A stretch of 64,000 nucleotides of DNA from Azolla caroliniana (taxonomy: Eukaryota > Plantae > Polypodiophyta): NCBI GenBank assembly GCA_043228905.1, contig JBHGNT010000009.1:186001-250000 (forward strand). The letters run 5' to 3'. The notes beneath the pieces are model-generated. The model was not told where the DNA came from and searched no databases. It saw only the letters and a program-made list of their open reading frames with translations. Both the position numbers and the translations under genes were made by a program. Below are positions 36,301 to 49,740 of this stretch, in pieces (position 1 is the first letter of the stretch; each line of letters starts with the position of its first letter).

Positions 36301-39300
36301 TTTCCTTCCATAACTGTACTTCACATCTTTAGGCAGGTTGGTTTCTTGCTTTACTAATTTATTAAGCTATGATAATAGTCATGTGATGCAAAATTGCCAA
36401 ATTCTTAGGTAGTGGATACACCCATATTGTTTGTAAATAAAAGATGGAATGATGCGTTTATGCTTCGACTATCCTAGCTTGAATCAAGTAGCAAGTAGAA
36501 CTAAATTTTCTATGCGAAGTATTGACAATCTCTGGATTTTGTGAAGGGTGCCATGTACTTTAGTGATATAGGTTATACTTCAAGATATGACCCAGTCATA
36601 TAGACAAAACAATGTTTAGAAGCTCGTTGGCATTACATATGCCCGTCGATAATGCGTCAACTACATTTATGACATCGATGACCTCATTGTTTGATAAGCT
36701 TTTTTATAGTTTTATCCTGAGATATGTCTAGAACCTTGTTGGCATTACTATGCCCTTTGACTAATGTTCAACTGCATTTATGATATTGTTGAAGTCATTA
36801 TCAATGCCTTTCTAATTAGTTATAGCTTTATCTTGAGGATAGCCTAATCTATAGTAGACCGAAACAGACCATACAGATTATTTGACTGAAGTAAAATGTC
36901 TCAATGAGCTTCACATATTTCTTTGTAATCACTCCAAATGACATAAGCATAGATCTTAAAAAGGTTTATGCCATCCCGAGATGGCCGTTGTCCAAAAGTC
37001 TTGATGAGCTTCATAACTTTCCTCATTTATCTGAGTTCTATCGACAAATTTTTGTGAATATCTTGACATTGTCATATTGTTGAAACCAATTAAAGGGGAA
37101 AGGTCATGTTTTGAGTGCACAGATCGGCAACCAAGGAGTTTTGAACGTTACTTTAATTCTAAAGACCTAGGATAGTGACTTCGTTATTGGCACAATACTA
37201 ATGGAGCAAGGTTTTCCTGTTTTGTAAGAAGTTGGAGAGGCATCAGTATAATGGTAAGACCTTGCACCATATATATGAGAGTGTGTATAAGAAGGTTTTC
37301 CTGTTTTGCCATTATACACACTCTCATATATATGGTGCAAGGTCTGATGTTCCTTCGTCATAATACTGCAAACCTTCACTTTCTTATTTTCAGTGCAAAT
37401 TCAATTGAATTAGGATCAGGTTATCGACAAATCTGTGGTTTACATGCTTATTAAATCATGGTTTCTATTTTTATTAACTCAAGGTAGTTAATGACCCTTT
37501 GATGCTTGATACTCTATTGCATTTTAATTCATTTGTAAGTTCTTTATTTACTGTGTTGATATCAGATCTGTGCAGGTTTGAAGCATATGCATGCATCAGA
37601 TCCCCCATATGCTCACAATGATCTGAAGCCAGGAAATGTATTATTTTCAAGCAAGAAAGGTGATTTACCAGTTGCAATAGTAATGGATTTTGGTAGTGCG
37701 GCACCTGCGAGAAGATCAATCAGATCACGTTCGGAAGCTCTAGCGCTGCAGGTAAGCTCTTCAGCATATGTTAGTCATGAAAATGCAGATGCTCGTGAAT
37801 CTCAAGCCCGTGCATGCTTTGTTCTGATGAGTCAGTTGTTTTGTGGCTATGTCATCATGGAGATATGCATCGAGGCATGCAAGTAACCATATGTATTGCA
37901 ACTTGTTTGATTATTCAATTATTGTAGATTGTGTTCTGATTCATCACTTGAAATTCTTTGGCTCTTGCAACTGGTTCATCATATGATTTTGGGGCTTAAG
38001 CCTGTGTTTCTAATCAATGACCCACACTAGTTGTTTCCCACACTTCTATGCTGGATGTAATACGCCATTTCCAACTCATTGTAACCTAAAATTCCTTGTG
38101 TTGCATGTACATGACATGCATGATACTACTTTCTCTTAAGAACAATTGATGTCCTGATAGAGGATCCCATTTTGCTAATCTTAGACTTGTTCCTAAATTT
38201 AAGCTAGAGTGGCAGAGATGTTGATTGAAGACTAATAGATTCATGAGAGAAATACTACATAGCTGGTTGGATTAGCTTCCCAAACATTTTAACCAATGGG
38301 AAGACTATATCAGTCTCACTTGGATCTATAGGGAACTTAAAATTTCTTTTCTTGTCATATAGCACTTTTGATGGTTTTTCGTGTCATTGACTACTTCTAA
38401 AATCACAGAGTACTGTGGAGGTTTATGGCATTTCTTATCAGACCGTTTTTTTTTGGACCTGCATATTGAGAGAAAGAAAGATATATTGACTTCTTTTAAG
38501 AGGCTAGAATGTCCGAAAAGACCAAACAAGAGATTATATGTTAAAATGTTAGTCTCAGTCTTTGAAAACAACAAACCGAAATAAATGTAACTAAGTGAAA
38601 AGTAAAGATGACTAAAGAATCCTGTATCCATATGTGTAAGATTCTCAAGTAAGATTGTAATTTCTGTTTTCGAAGATGACCTTTTTCTATTGATGACGGG
38701 TGGTGAGATCGTGGTCCATGAGGCTGGGGCCTGCATGCGTGACAAATTTCTATTCCCCGATAGTAGCTCCTTCGCAATGTGCTGGTCGGGAGCCCATTTG
38801 TGTAGCCCGTGATTGACTTGTAGCTTGAGGAATGACGAGGCTAAAGAAAGTTGTGATCGTTCTTTGTCAATGAGTTTGTGTGGTTGTATTATTGTCCTTC
38901 AACTTCTCCATCTGTCTCTTGAGTTTTAGCAAGAAAAGCCACAAGCACCAATGGTCCTCATACATCCATTGCCTTGCATATTGGGCCAAAGCCTTGCTTA
39001 AAGAGGCACTGGTATTGCCCTCTTATTTCATAAAAAATAGTACAATGACAAACATAGTGTTCTTCAGATTCCACTCCCTGATGACACAATTTGCAACTTC
39101 TTTCTTCCAAAGGTATGCATATCACACTGACGTGAAGAGGTCCACCGCTGAGGTATCACACTGCATATCACACAGGATAGATGTATGTCCATATAAAGGT
39201 GGGCCTGATGATGAATCCATTGGCCAATGTGTTAAAAAGTGTGCCTCATGGTGGGCCATCGTCCTATCAAGAGATGTTATGGGTTAATCCATGTTCGTGC

Positions 39301-40469
39301 GTTATCCAATTTGATAATATCAGTTTGGATCACTGTATATTTTTTTTGCTTTGGTCATTGTTAGATGTGGACAATTGAAGCATATATATCGGAACAGGGA
39401 TAGTGCATTTATGCTTATGCCATGCGACCTGAACCATTGTTGCATTTCAACATATTAACAATGGTTCTCTGTTTTCAGCAAGTTGTTTTGATGACTTAAA
39501 TGCCAACCTGGTACCTTTAGTTTAGGGAGCTCCCTCTCCCAAAGCCATTTTCTTGTCTAACCAAATTAATATAAGTAAACATAGTTACTAAAAGAATCTA
39601 AATATCTAGGAACTTACCTTCGATTCAAGGGTAGATTTCATTTCATCATTTGCCTTCATTAGCATCTCTTTTGCTGCATCTAGACTTAGCATTTAACTTT
39701 CTATTTCAGGCATCTGGTTATCTTGCATTTGAGAGTCATGTTTATTTTCATTGCATGTAGTTCCTCCAAACATTTTATCTCTATGTTTTGCATCTCCTTT
39801 TCATGCTGGAGAGAGAGAGATAGAGATAGTGAGAGAGAGAGAGAAAGAGATGACTGCTGTGCTTGTAGGAATGGGCCGCTGAACATTGCTCAGCTCCATA
39901 CAGAGCACCAGAGTTATGGGATTGTCCAAGTCATTGTAATATCGATGAAAAAACAGACATTTGGTCACTTGGCTGCACTTTATATGCCATCATGTAAGAC
40001 AACCAAACTCTTATTAGAATCAACAACATAGATATATACACGTATACACATATATATGTATGTATGTATGTAGGAAATATTTTTATTATTCATTTGATAT
40101 CCAGTATTGAAGCTTCTAGGCTGGTTTAAGCAAATGGTTTATGGATGTATTTAAGAGTTGCATGGTGATATAAAGATTTTGGGCGTTGTATATGTTTTAG
40201 TATTTTCTTACAAAAGAGAAAAAGAGTTGCAACTTTTTTATAACAGGTATGGTGTCTCTCCTTTTGAGTATGCGCTGGGTGAATCAGGTGGAAGCTTACA
40301 GTTGGCAGCAATGAGTGGTCAAATACGATGGCCAAGTGGTCCCAAAAAACCATATCAGGATTCATTGCATCAGTTTGTTACATGGATGCTCAAACCACAG
40401 GTAGAGCTTCGGCCTACCATTGATGATGTTATTATCCACATTGACAAGGTTCTTGCTAAGTTCTCCTAA
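33352..40469 (+). CDS. STK16/MPSK1-like (NAK family, Arabidopsis ATPK3-like) Ser/Thr kinase, ~340 aa. Exons 33352-33547, 35928-36076, 36193-36336, 37566-37751, 39869-39993, 40247-40469
   Basis: MGCTFSGLNALYD N-terminus; LGEGGFSSVYLV, FAVKKV, YAHNDLKPGNVL, MDFGSA, EWAAEHCSAPYRAPELW, DIWSLGCTLYAIM. Exons sum to 1023 nt in frame. Exon 2 has an alternative in-frame acceptor at 35934. Confidence 0.95.
36420..37200 (+). mobile_element. Degenerate Ty3/gypsy RT fragment in kinase intron 3
   Basis: Broken translation PILFV.K.DG.MRLCFDY..LNQV...KFSMRSIDNL, then MPF.LTNVQ..FM motifs; many stops. Confidence 0.7.
38850..39130 (-). mobile_element. RTEX/CR1-like LINE 3' fragment in kinase intron 4
   Basis: Minus-strand IPLEERSCKLCHQGVESEEHYVCHCTIFYEIRGQYQCLF. 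Inverted homologue of 49400-49740. Confidence 0.7.
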
Positions 40470-42109
40470 TCAGAAATCCGTTGTTATCCACATTTGCAAT
40501 GCCCTTGCAGTAGGTGTTCTCCTATTCAGAATTGTATTGAGATCGTGGATTGATTGTTTTCTTATGTGTTGTTAGCAACAGAGTTCTTTATATTTTGGCT
40601 TCAAAAATAACCTTTTGACTCAATCAGATTTTGGCCAGTGCTCCCCATTCATCAGGAAGCACATACCAATGAAAATAATAACAAATGAATGTGTATCGAT
40701 GTTCTGTTGTAGAACTCGTTGGTCTTTCTCGTCTTGCGTTGTCTTTTGAGTAAACTGTGCCTCATTCTTCATTCAACCACCAGGAAAACCCAAGTGTCTG
40801 AAATAATTGTCATGTGTAAACTGGATAATTATCTGTAATTTTTTTATGCTGCTTACAATTTCATTTTTCATATTTTGTTGAGCTCTCATGTTGATTCAAC
40901 TTTTTAATTATAAAGAGCAAAACGGGTGGTTAGGTTAGATTTAAACTAAATCTATTTGAATTCTGTTTATAGAGCATTGCCCGTTGAAAGGATGCTCAAT
41001 AGCTGACGGATATAGTTTTGTATTGGCCAAAAGAATGAACTTGTGGAAAGATTACGAGCTCAATAGAAAATAGGGTTACATGCCTAAACCTCAAAACTTC
41101 TGTTTGGTGTTTTCTCTCAATACATTATGTTGCTTATATATTTCTACTGGTACAGAAGCTGTAATTTCATAGTAAGCAGCTATAATATCACCAAGTACCT
41201 CTCTGAATGTCTTTCAATTATTTCAAAATAGTTCGTAGTGAATACAGACTCTTTTAACTTAAATGACCATAATTGTACATTAGCCAAAATCTGGCTTCAG
41301 AAAATTGTCCATTTTCTTCTACTATGTGGGGGGTTTAGCTAAGAAAAATATATAATTAAAATTCTTATCATATGATATTGTAAAGATCTTACTTAGGAGG
41401 GTTATAATATAACAAGGTTGGCATAATTTGGAGTGGTAGTGCAGAGTTAAGAACTTCTTTCTATATAAAAAGCAACTCAAAAGGTTCAATGGAAGAAATC
41501 CTATTAATTGAGAGTGAATCATGGGTTTGTCCCTTGTTGGAATGATCTTTTCATGTATACCAAACAAAAAGATTAAATTGCATTTTGATTTGGTTTTGTT
41601 GCAAATAATAAACCTACCTAAATCATGTGATTGACCAACACTAAAAGTCTACAACTGAAATTCTTTTACTCAGGGAATGCAGGAATTGGTTCTAGCAGTT
41701 TTTCAATATTGCCGAGCTAAGCAAATCATGGCCAATGTACCCAATGTACTCCAAGATAATTTTTAACTGTTTTGTATCCAATATATAATGATTTTAGACC
41801 AATGTAATATATTCAAAAAACATGCATTCACTCAAAACCACCTACATTAGCTAGTACCACTACAGATACATAGAAAGCATTCAAGTTCTCTGTCCTATTA
41901 ACTATTAATCCATATTTTGAAAAATTGTTGACCACACATTTCTACTTTCTATCTTTTTGTGTTGTACTGTCGCAGAAAAGATTCCACTCTCTTCATACAA
42001 AGAAATTTTATCCACATACAATAACTGAAAGAATGCCATGTCAGAGTAAATATGTTGGACTATTCCAAAGCATTGATTAACAATGTCATGGACAATTCCC
42101 ATCCAATGT

Positions 42110-45009
42110 TTAGTTATGAGGTTTCTTCCCAGGATCAAATTTAGAACACCCAGATGTTGATATTTCATCATGGAGGTGAACTGAATCAATGCCATCGATT
42201 ATCATGTCTTCTTCTCTATTTATCTGCATCTCATCATCTTCATCAGCATCATTCACCACTAAATCCTCCACCCTCAAAGATTTGATCATTCGATATTCAT
42301 TATAATGTGCCTTCCTTTGTTCAGCAAATTTTGAACTATGACTATTTTGACCTAATCCTGTAGAATATTATTTAATGTTAACAGCGTGGTTGTAAACAAG
42401 GAATTTTGGTACCACACATTCCTTTACATGGATCGATGATAATAACAAAATGGGTATCTTAGGTTTTGTTCTCCAATACTGCATACACAAATTCAATGAT
42501 GATACTAGAGAGAATTCACAAGCCATTGGTATGGAAATTTATGGATAGCCCTATTATTGATTGTTAAATATACATGCATAAAGTAAAAAAACATGCACAG
42601 GATGCATTTTTTAATGTATCCCTCCAAGTCAACTCCTAATTCAAGGTGTTCCAACTGATAAAATAAACATCTGGTTTCAGATTCATAAGTATTTTTTAAA
42701 ACATAATTGTGCTGCTTGGGATTAGAAATGATGATAACAGAGATTATCTTGTGATCATTTATGTGTTGAATCCCATCACTTCAGTGGCGTTTGGATGCCA
42801 CATCGTTTAGGCTTTAATCTAGATCCCTTTCTTTGACCAATGGAATTCCATCATCATCGATCACATATTTTATTTCCATTCAGGAGTGGATCGATGAGGT
42901 AGAGTACCAATTGAATCGATCTTCATTAACCTATTATCAAATCACGTCATTGAACCCTTAATACACCACTGGAATCTCAAAATTGTACTAACCGGAGGCC
43001 AAAACTGTCCACAAATTAGAGATTTCTTAAATGTGAGTAGGCAATCACTCCTCCTGAGATGGACTTCCTACTTAAACGCGTCAAGGGAATCTCAAAACCT
43101 TATTGACTGCTGACCAAAAATGTTCACAATTTAGAGACTCCTTAAATGTGAGTAGGAGGTCACTCATCCTGAGGTGGGCCTCCATTTTCTTTGTAATAAA
43201 AACCAGAACCCCCCCCCCCCCCCACTCAAAAAAAAAAAGCTCCCATGGTCAAATCTTTTCCCGAAGAACATGGATTTCCGATGCAGTTCACCGAATAGAC
43301 TTCGGAAAACTCCTAAATTTAGACAGCCAAATTTCCTTATGGTATGACAAAACAAATGGAAACTACGAGAAAGTATTGAAGGTATTATTATGTAGAAATA
43401 TCCTTTTATAAATAGTTCCATCGATTATGAGAAAGTATCACCAATTCTGAAGGAATCTTGTAATTCTACTAAAGAGTTCTATTAATTAGATCACCCTTTT
43501 CCAGATCACTGGGTAAATTTAGTTGACCTAAAAAGAAAGATAGCTCAACTAACCATATTCAAAGTTGAAAGATTCATCACAATCCTCATCTTCATCAGAA
43601 GCCCAGCCTTCTTGTCTTCTTGAGGTGCTCGCCTCTCCACTTGACGATGCAACATCACTCAATGCATCCCAAACTGCTTGAGCATGTTCAGCATCATCTA
43701 ATGCACCTTCTCTTGCAAACGGTGAAATAAATCCTATAATGTGCATGTGTTTTTCATCTTTGTTAGAAATTCCATTTTATAACTTTAAATGAACATTACA
43801 TGGTATTGATTTTATGATGCTCTTGAATCTCATCCAACAAAGAGTCATTTCATCACATGTTATTGGATGGCAATTACATGATCTAGATTATATGGTGCTT
43901 ATGTATCTCAGCTTGTAAACAGTGTCGTTCTATTGCTTATATTTTAATTGAAATCACATGAGATTGATTTTATGATGCATGTGTATCCCATCTTGTGAAA
44001 AGGGTGCAAATTTAAGGCAGAAGATTCTTTGAATGGAGGCGCTATGAAATTGAAATTTATGGTTATACCATGCATATGAATCTTATTTTATGAAAAATGT
44101 GGCATTTTATAGCAAGTGATAATTTCTTTTTCATATTATCAATGAAGGGAAGTAAGAGTTTTGCTTTTGATTGTTTCTCCCACCATCTGGTGCATGATAT
44201 GGAGTCTTTGGCTCAGTGATCTTCCTTTTAGGTGTTTTGGTTGCCTCCAGAAAATTTAAATTTGCTTCATCCCAAGCTACTCGGCTGGAGACAAAAAAAT
44301 AAAAAACATAGAAAGAAGAGAGAAAGAGAGATAGTAACATTACCAAGGCTCTCGAAAAACTGTATACTTATTACTAAAAAAAAAAGCAACAAAACTTGAG
44401 CAAGTTGGAATCTGATAGAAAGACAAGAAGTAGACGGGAAAGAAAAGAAATAGGTAAAGATTTACTGGACGCTTGTTACATATTTATAGAAAAAAGCAAG
44501 CAAGTATCTAGTAAAAAAAAGAACATGGGGATTTATGAAAGTTGGAACTTGACACAAGGACAAGAAGAAGAAAAATGAAGTCATAATTTGTTCAGAAGAA
44601 GATTAATGGAGGTTGGGGCCAAATTGTAGAAAAAAGGAGCATAATATCTCCGTGCAAAATGATGAGAAAAAGAAGACATAACATAACTTATTCAGAAGAA
44701 ATAACAGAAAACTGGCTCCACTTTGTGGAGAAAAATAGGCACAGTTTTCACAACAAATGAAGAAAAATTGTATGGAAAAACATATATAATACGAAACAAG
44801 TATGATTTCAATAGAAAGACAAGGGCAACAAGAATAAAAGGAAAACGTTCATATCTTGTTCAAAAGAAGGTTTGATGGAAACTAGCTTCAAAATTCACGA
44901 GAAAAATAGACATAATTTCTCTGTACGACGAAATAAAGAAACAAGGAAACAAATTTAAGAAGAAGGACGAAGAAGAATACCTAGACCTTTGCTTTCCGTA
45001 TCGTTTCAT
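42110..45009 (-). CDS. Protein phosphatase 1 inhibitor-2 (IPP-2 family), 185 aa. Exons 45009-44981, 44284-44184, 43733-43554, 42357-42110
   Basis: [19 protein letters not shown] (RVxW PP1-docking motif), KITEPKTPY (PxTP), [12 protein letters not shown] (HYNE motif). Exons sum to 558 nt in frame. Confidence 0.92.
43010..43185. repeat. Diverged ~60-bp direct repeat (period ~115 bp) in the inhibitor-2 intron
   Basis: CACAAATTAGAGATTTCTTAAATGTGAGTAGG...CCTGAGATGG vs CACAATTTAGAGACTCCTTAAATGTGAGTAGG...CCTGAGGTGG. Confidence 0.7.
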
Positions 45010-45360
45010 GTCATCCAGAGGCAGAAGTTGTCGAACAGAAAGAAATTGCTGCAGAAGATGAGAAGAAAACTAAACAAATTCAACAAATGATAGCATGAAA
45101 TTCCTGCATTAGAGTGGGAAAAAAAAATCCAGTGATTATTAAAGGAAATCGTGCAGAGGATGAAAAGAAATACATGCATGCATACGTACGTATGAAGTAT
45201 ATGTATAAAAGACGAGGATTAAGAAGTTCCTGGAGAGAAAAAAAAAGAAAATGGATAATTTCAAAAGTAGGAAATAAATAAAAAAAACGAAAGAGATTCC
45301 TCGAGAGAATGAAATATTAAAGAATTCCTGCAGAGAATGAAGATAATCAAATCGACGAAG

Positions 45361-45365
<5 letters not shown>

Positions 45366-45412
<47 letters not shown>

Positions 45413-45536
45413 AAGAACCTGAAAACCGGAACGAATGGAAATCTGGTCTTCGTCGTCGTAGTCGTCTGATTCGTCGTCTGCATCGCAGAGAAAGGATTAA
45501 AAAACAAAAGCGAGAGAGAGAGAGAGAGAGAGAGAC
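45366..45536. repeat. (GA)n microsatellites in the inhibitor-2 5' region
   Basis: Direct read of two GA runs (CT on the coding strand). Confidence 0.9.
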
Positions 45537-46028
45537 TCGAGAGGCCAAATGAAGAGAAAAAGGGAAGCATTAAAAAAATTTAAGAAATTAAATAAAAAGG
45601 AAGAAGAAGTACATACATATGTATGTATATAAAAGGGAAAATTTTATGGTTTTGCAAGATTGTCGACTTATTGATTTAATATAATTATTTCGTTCGTTAT
45701 TTAAAATTTGGTAAATTAAACAAAAAAAAAAAACAAAGTCGCAACGATTGAAGTTGGAAAAATAGAATTAGAACTAAAATTTTAAGCAAACCTTTTTAGA
45801 GACACATCCGAGATAAACACGTTTACTTTTAATTAATGTCCTTGGAAGACCAATCATGATCTATGTATGAGACGTTGCCTAGCCGATGGCCAAAGATCAC
45901 CTACCGATGAAGATCCTTGCCCGCCGCCCATTACCCCCCCTCTCTCCCCCTCCTAGTGAGCCTCATCTATTGTGCCATTGTGGTAGTTCTTAACCTCATT
46001 CTTGATCTCCGACGTGTGTTTCGTATTA

Positions 46029-46114
46029 GGGAAAAGTACCAGGATACCCCTGGAAGTTCTGGTAACTTCCAAGGGTATCCGGGTACTTTTCCCTGGTATC
46101 CTGGTACTTTTCCC
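46029..46114. repeat. 30-bp-stem hairpin plus an extra copy of the 3' arm (possible tiny Harbinger/Tourist-like MITE)
   Basis: GGGAAAAGTACCAGGATACCCCTGGAAGTT-CTGGT-AACTTCCAAGGGTATCCGGGTACTTTTCCC, then TGGTATCCTGGTACTTTTCCC. Flanks TTA / TTC. Confidence 0.8.
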
Positions 46115-46659
46115 TTCATATTATTGCTGGACGATCCGTGCAATCATTGCATATAAGCAAATGCCAGGACCGATCCGACTCCATACTCGTGATTGGGTCC
46201 ATCATTTCGTCAATATCAACCTTGAAGCCACGCGTCATTGCAACCTAGTTTATAATGCCCTTGCATGTGCAAAACAAGCGACAAACTTCAAAAGTGGTTG
46301 GTCCATCTACATACATGTGTCACTTGTAATGAACCTACTTGTGCGAAAGCTTTTAGTTTATTGAGTGAGTATATGAAACCTCTAGTTTCCTTCCTTGTAC
46401 CCATTAGTTGTGGGCTTTTACCTTCTCTTTGAGGTTTTCCACATGTAATATATTAATATATGGACAAAACAAAATATATGCAGCTTTGTAAAGCAATGCT
46501 TTGACATTATGTAACCTTATAAACACATATTGGAAAGGTTGGGTAGTTCATAGAGTTTATGCAAACCCACACGAGCGTGCAACTTGCTTCTAGAGTTCTT
46601 GTAAGTCCACACGAACATTCAAATTGCATGTAAAATCTATGTGGATGATGGGGCATTTG

Positions 46660-46950
46660 AACAAACGAGCACTTGGGCAAGCAGGTTTTAGACCAAAACA
46701 CTCAATTGTGAATCATTTGGTTACATTAAGAGTAATTATGTAAGAAAGTTGGCTTCAAGGAAAAACATTCTCATGTTGTTTTATTGACTTTAGAAAAGCT
46801 TTTGATACAATACCACATAGTGAGCTTTTAGAATAGGATGGTGGAAATTGGCATGCCATAAGAGTATCAAGTTGTTATTGTATCATTATATGAGCAAGTT
46901 AGATGCCAACTAAAAACTGAGAATGGTTTCTTAAAATACATTTTAAGCTT
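46660..46950 (+). mobile_element. Non-LTR retrotransposon RT fragment
   Basis: RALGQAGFRPKHSIVNHLVTLRVIM*ESWLQGKTFSCCFIDFRKAFDTIP (QAGFR and DFxKAFD RT motifs). Confidence 0.8.
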
Positions 46951-47218
46951 TGTTGTATGCAGTTGAAGTGTAGGGAGGCATTATCCCTCATAATGCATGG
47001 AATGAGATTGAGAATAATCAAAATATGTTTTTAGGGAGACAACTTGGAGTTAAATCTACCACTTCCTATGAGGTTATATTGAAGGAGATCCCAATGCTAA
47101 AAATAGAGGAAATACTCTCTTGGTTTTTATTTAGAAAATGACAATTTTTTGTTTCAAAGCAAGCAAATTTTTTGTTTTGCCATTTTCATATTAAAGGAAG
47201 CAAAATTCTCCAAAAAAG

Positions 47219-47786
47219 TGTTGGGAAAACTATGTCCCTCTAGAAGGGATGAGCCGAATCGAAGAGCAAGCTCGGTCGAGGCCAAAAATCAATCTCCCAA
47301 AACCGAAATCCAGAATCGTTTATACCACCGATTTGGAAGACTATATTTGTAAATAGTCCAAATGTGCCCTTGTGGGCCATACTTGTAAATAGCCAGAAAA
47401 TTGTTTTAGTATATAAACAACTAGGGCAAACTTTAAGTGAGGTAGTTGTATCATTATTAGTTGTTACAATGTTAGAGAAGGTAGTTGCCTCTGTAACTAG
47501 TGAGAGAGAGAAAGAGTGTGTAACTCTGTAGCCATCACTTGACGAAGAAGAGCTCAAGGTCATTGCCTTGGAGCTTCTTGTTGTACTCCTCTCCCCATAG
47601 TGATTTGTTTTGGGGTTTGTGGACCCCCGGGGTTTTTTCCCTTTCGGGTTTTCCACGTTAAATATCTGTGTCCTGTTTTTGAGTTTCTTGTTTTTTGCTC
47701 TTCCTTGTCTGTGCACTGTCATTGTCGATTCTTTGCACCTGAACAAACGAACGAGTAACCGGTTGTGGTTGGTTCGGATCCTAACA
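47219..47786 (+). mobile_element. Copia-type solo LTR, ~570 bp
   Basis: TGTTGGGA...TCCTAACA inverted termini, TATATAAA (~47410), GGGTTTTTTCCCTTTCGGGTTTTCCACGTTAAAT motif. TSD imperfect (AAAAG / AAGAT). Confidence 0.75.
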
Positions 47787-47984
47787 AAGATGAAAAAAAT
47801 CGCACTAAATATGTTGTCAACTATGCTTTCTACCTAGGCCATATAGTTTGTTCCTTAATAAATGAGGACCATTATTTTAGTGAATGAGGACCATTCCCAT
47901 CACCACATGCATGTTGATGTTAACCAAATTCTATACAAAATGTGCATATGGCGCTTGTATATTGAAATAATATAGTGTTTTGTT

Positions 47985-48612
47985 GGGATAGTTGGTGCTA
48001 TGTATGCACAAGAGGCAAAATCGTCAAGATCCGTTTCGAAAGAGGCTTGCAGCCCGCATCCCCTAGGTTTCCAGAAATCTGGATGCTGATCGCAGGTTTC
48101 ACCTTGTGGTATATATGGAAAGCATGTTGCCTCAAGGTTTTCCAAGGTACAGTACGGCCCCCGGAGGAAGTGATCATGGACATATGGTTCGCGATTATCA
48201 GCTGCCCAGGAGGGCAACTGGAAGAGATTTGCAGCCACTCCAACGACGTGATCTCTGCCCGGTTGCGCTTTTGGGAGAAATGGAGGAACACACCTATGGT
48301 GATGCAAGGCAGGAGTGGCCCGAGGTGGAATTACCAACCCCCACGCTGGTTGTTTCCTACTCATCTGCCATCCTCTCTTCGTTGTAGGCCCCAAGAGCCG
48401 ACTCGTACTAGGCAACATTGAAGGGCATCGCCTTACATATAGGTAGCTTCTTACATTAAGTTAGGCCGCAAGGCATTGTAAGTAGGCTCATCTTCTTTTA
48501 CTTGATCGGAGGAAGACTCCCCGATGTGTGTATAAGTCTCCTTGTAGACTCTCTATGTAATAATCCTTCCTAACTAATGGGAAAGTAGCTTCATTTTGGA
48601 AAAATAAAATAA
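47985..48612 (+). mobile_element. 5'-truncated L1-type LINE 3' end
   Basis: Open frame WMLIAGFTLWYIWKACCLKVFQ...RLRFWEKWRNTPM...WNYQPPRWLFP; (AAAAT)n tail; 16-bp TSD AATATAGTGTTTTGTT (47969-47984, 48613-48628). Confidence 0.85.
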
Positions 48613-49399
48613 AATATAGTGTTTTGTTCTCAAAATGAACTTCATAAGCTTGATAAAAAAAGCTACTGCCCAAATCTCATAAATATTCTCCCTCCAAATT
48701 GGAGTTTGCTTTACACATATTGTTAATCCGGACCATTGCCTACACATATTGTTCTCATATTTACAATGTGCACTCTCAATTGCAATGTTCAATAGTAAAA
48801 CCCTTGAACATCAAGAATCACTACCCAATTCCACACATCTTATGTAAAGGCTTTTCACTTTTGGTCTCAAAGGTCATATTTGACTTTGATGACGATAACA
48901 TAATATATATACTTGTATTGTCTTGCTCTCTTCCTCTACATATACATAGGTAAATATGATAGCTATTTTGTGTAAATAGGCTTTTGCACAATCATAACAA
49001 GGAAACAAAGATACAATGGAGGCAAAAAGAGAATATAACTTGTGCAAAACATCTTGTTGAGCAATCAAGCTAAACCACACCTTGTGTGTGAATCCATTCC
49101 ATTCCTTGGAGAACATGTGTGAAAGTCCACTTGTGTTATAAGTGTAAAGGAATATATTCTCTATATTGAGTGCTTTGTGTACTATATTATATTTCCACAC
49201 TATCTCATCATGATTAATTCGTTTATGATTCTCTAGGAGTATGCAAGAGAAGTTGTCTATAAACTAAGCTTCCCTTCTTTAAATATTTTTATCTTATGTA
49301 AAACTTCCTAATTAATTAATCCCAATTGTTGTAGGTATGTGTGTGTGTGTGTGTGTGTGTGTGATAGGCATACATCTATGCTATGCGTTGCATAGTGCG

Positions 49400-49740
49400 A
49401 TAGAGCATATCTAAACTTCGTCACATTAGTTAGAGATTGAGGTAGGCGGATATGCATGAATACCTCCAGAATAGAGAATTTGTCAATTGTGTCATCAAGG
49501 AGTGGAATTTGAAGAACAATATGTTTGTCATTGTATTGTTTTTATGAAATAAGATGACGATACTATTGCCTTTTTAACTTTGGCCCACAATGCAAGGTAA
49601 TGGATATATGAGGACCAATGGTGCCTAGGACTTTTCTTGCTAGGACTCAAGAGGCACATGGAGAAGTTGTTGATGGACGATAATACAGCCACACAAGCTC
49701 ATCAACAAAGAATAATCACAACTTTATTTACCCCATCACT
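49400..49740 (+). mobile_element. RTEX/CR1-like LINE 3' fragment
   Basis: TSSH*LEIEVGGYA*IPPE*RICQLCHQGVEFEEQYVCHC; homologous to 38850-39130. Confidence 0.7.

Noticed and set aside
45139-45570. ORFs with SLSLSL/ERERER runs
   Set aside because: Products of (GA)n tracts in the inhibitor-2 5' region.
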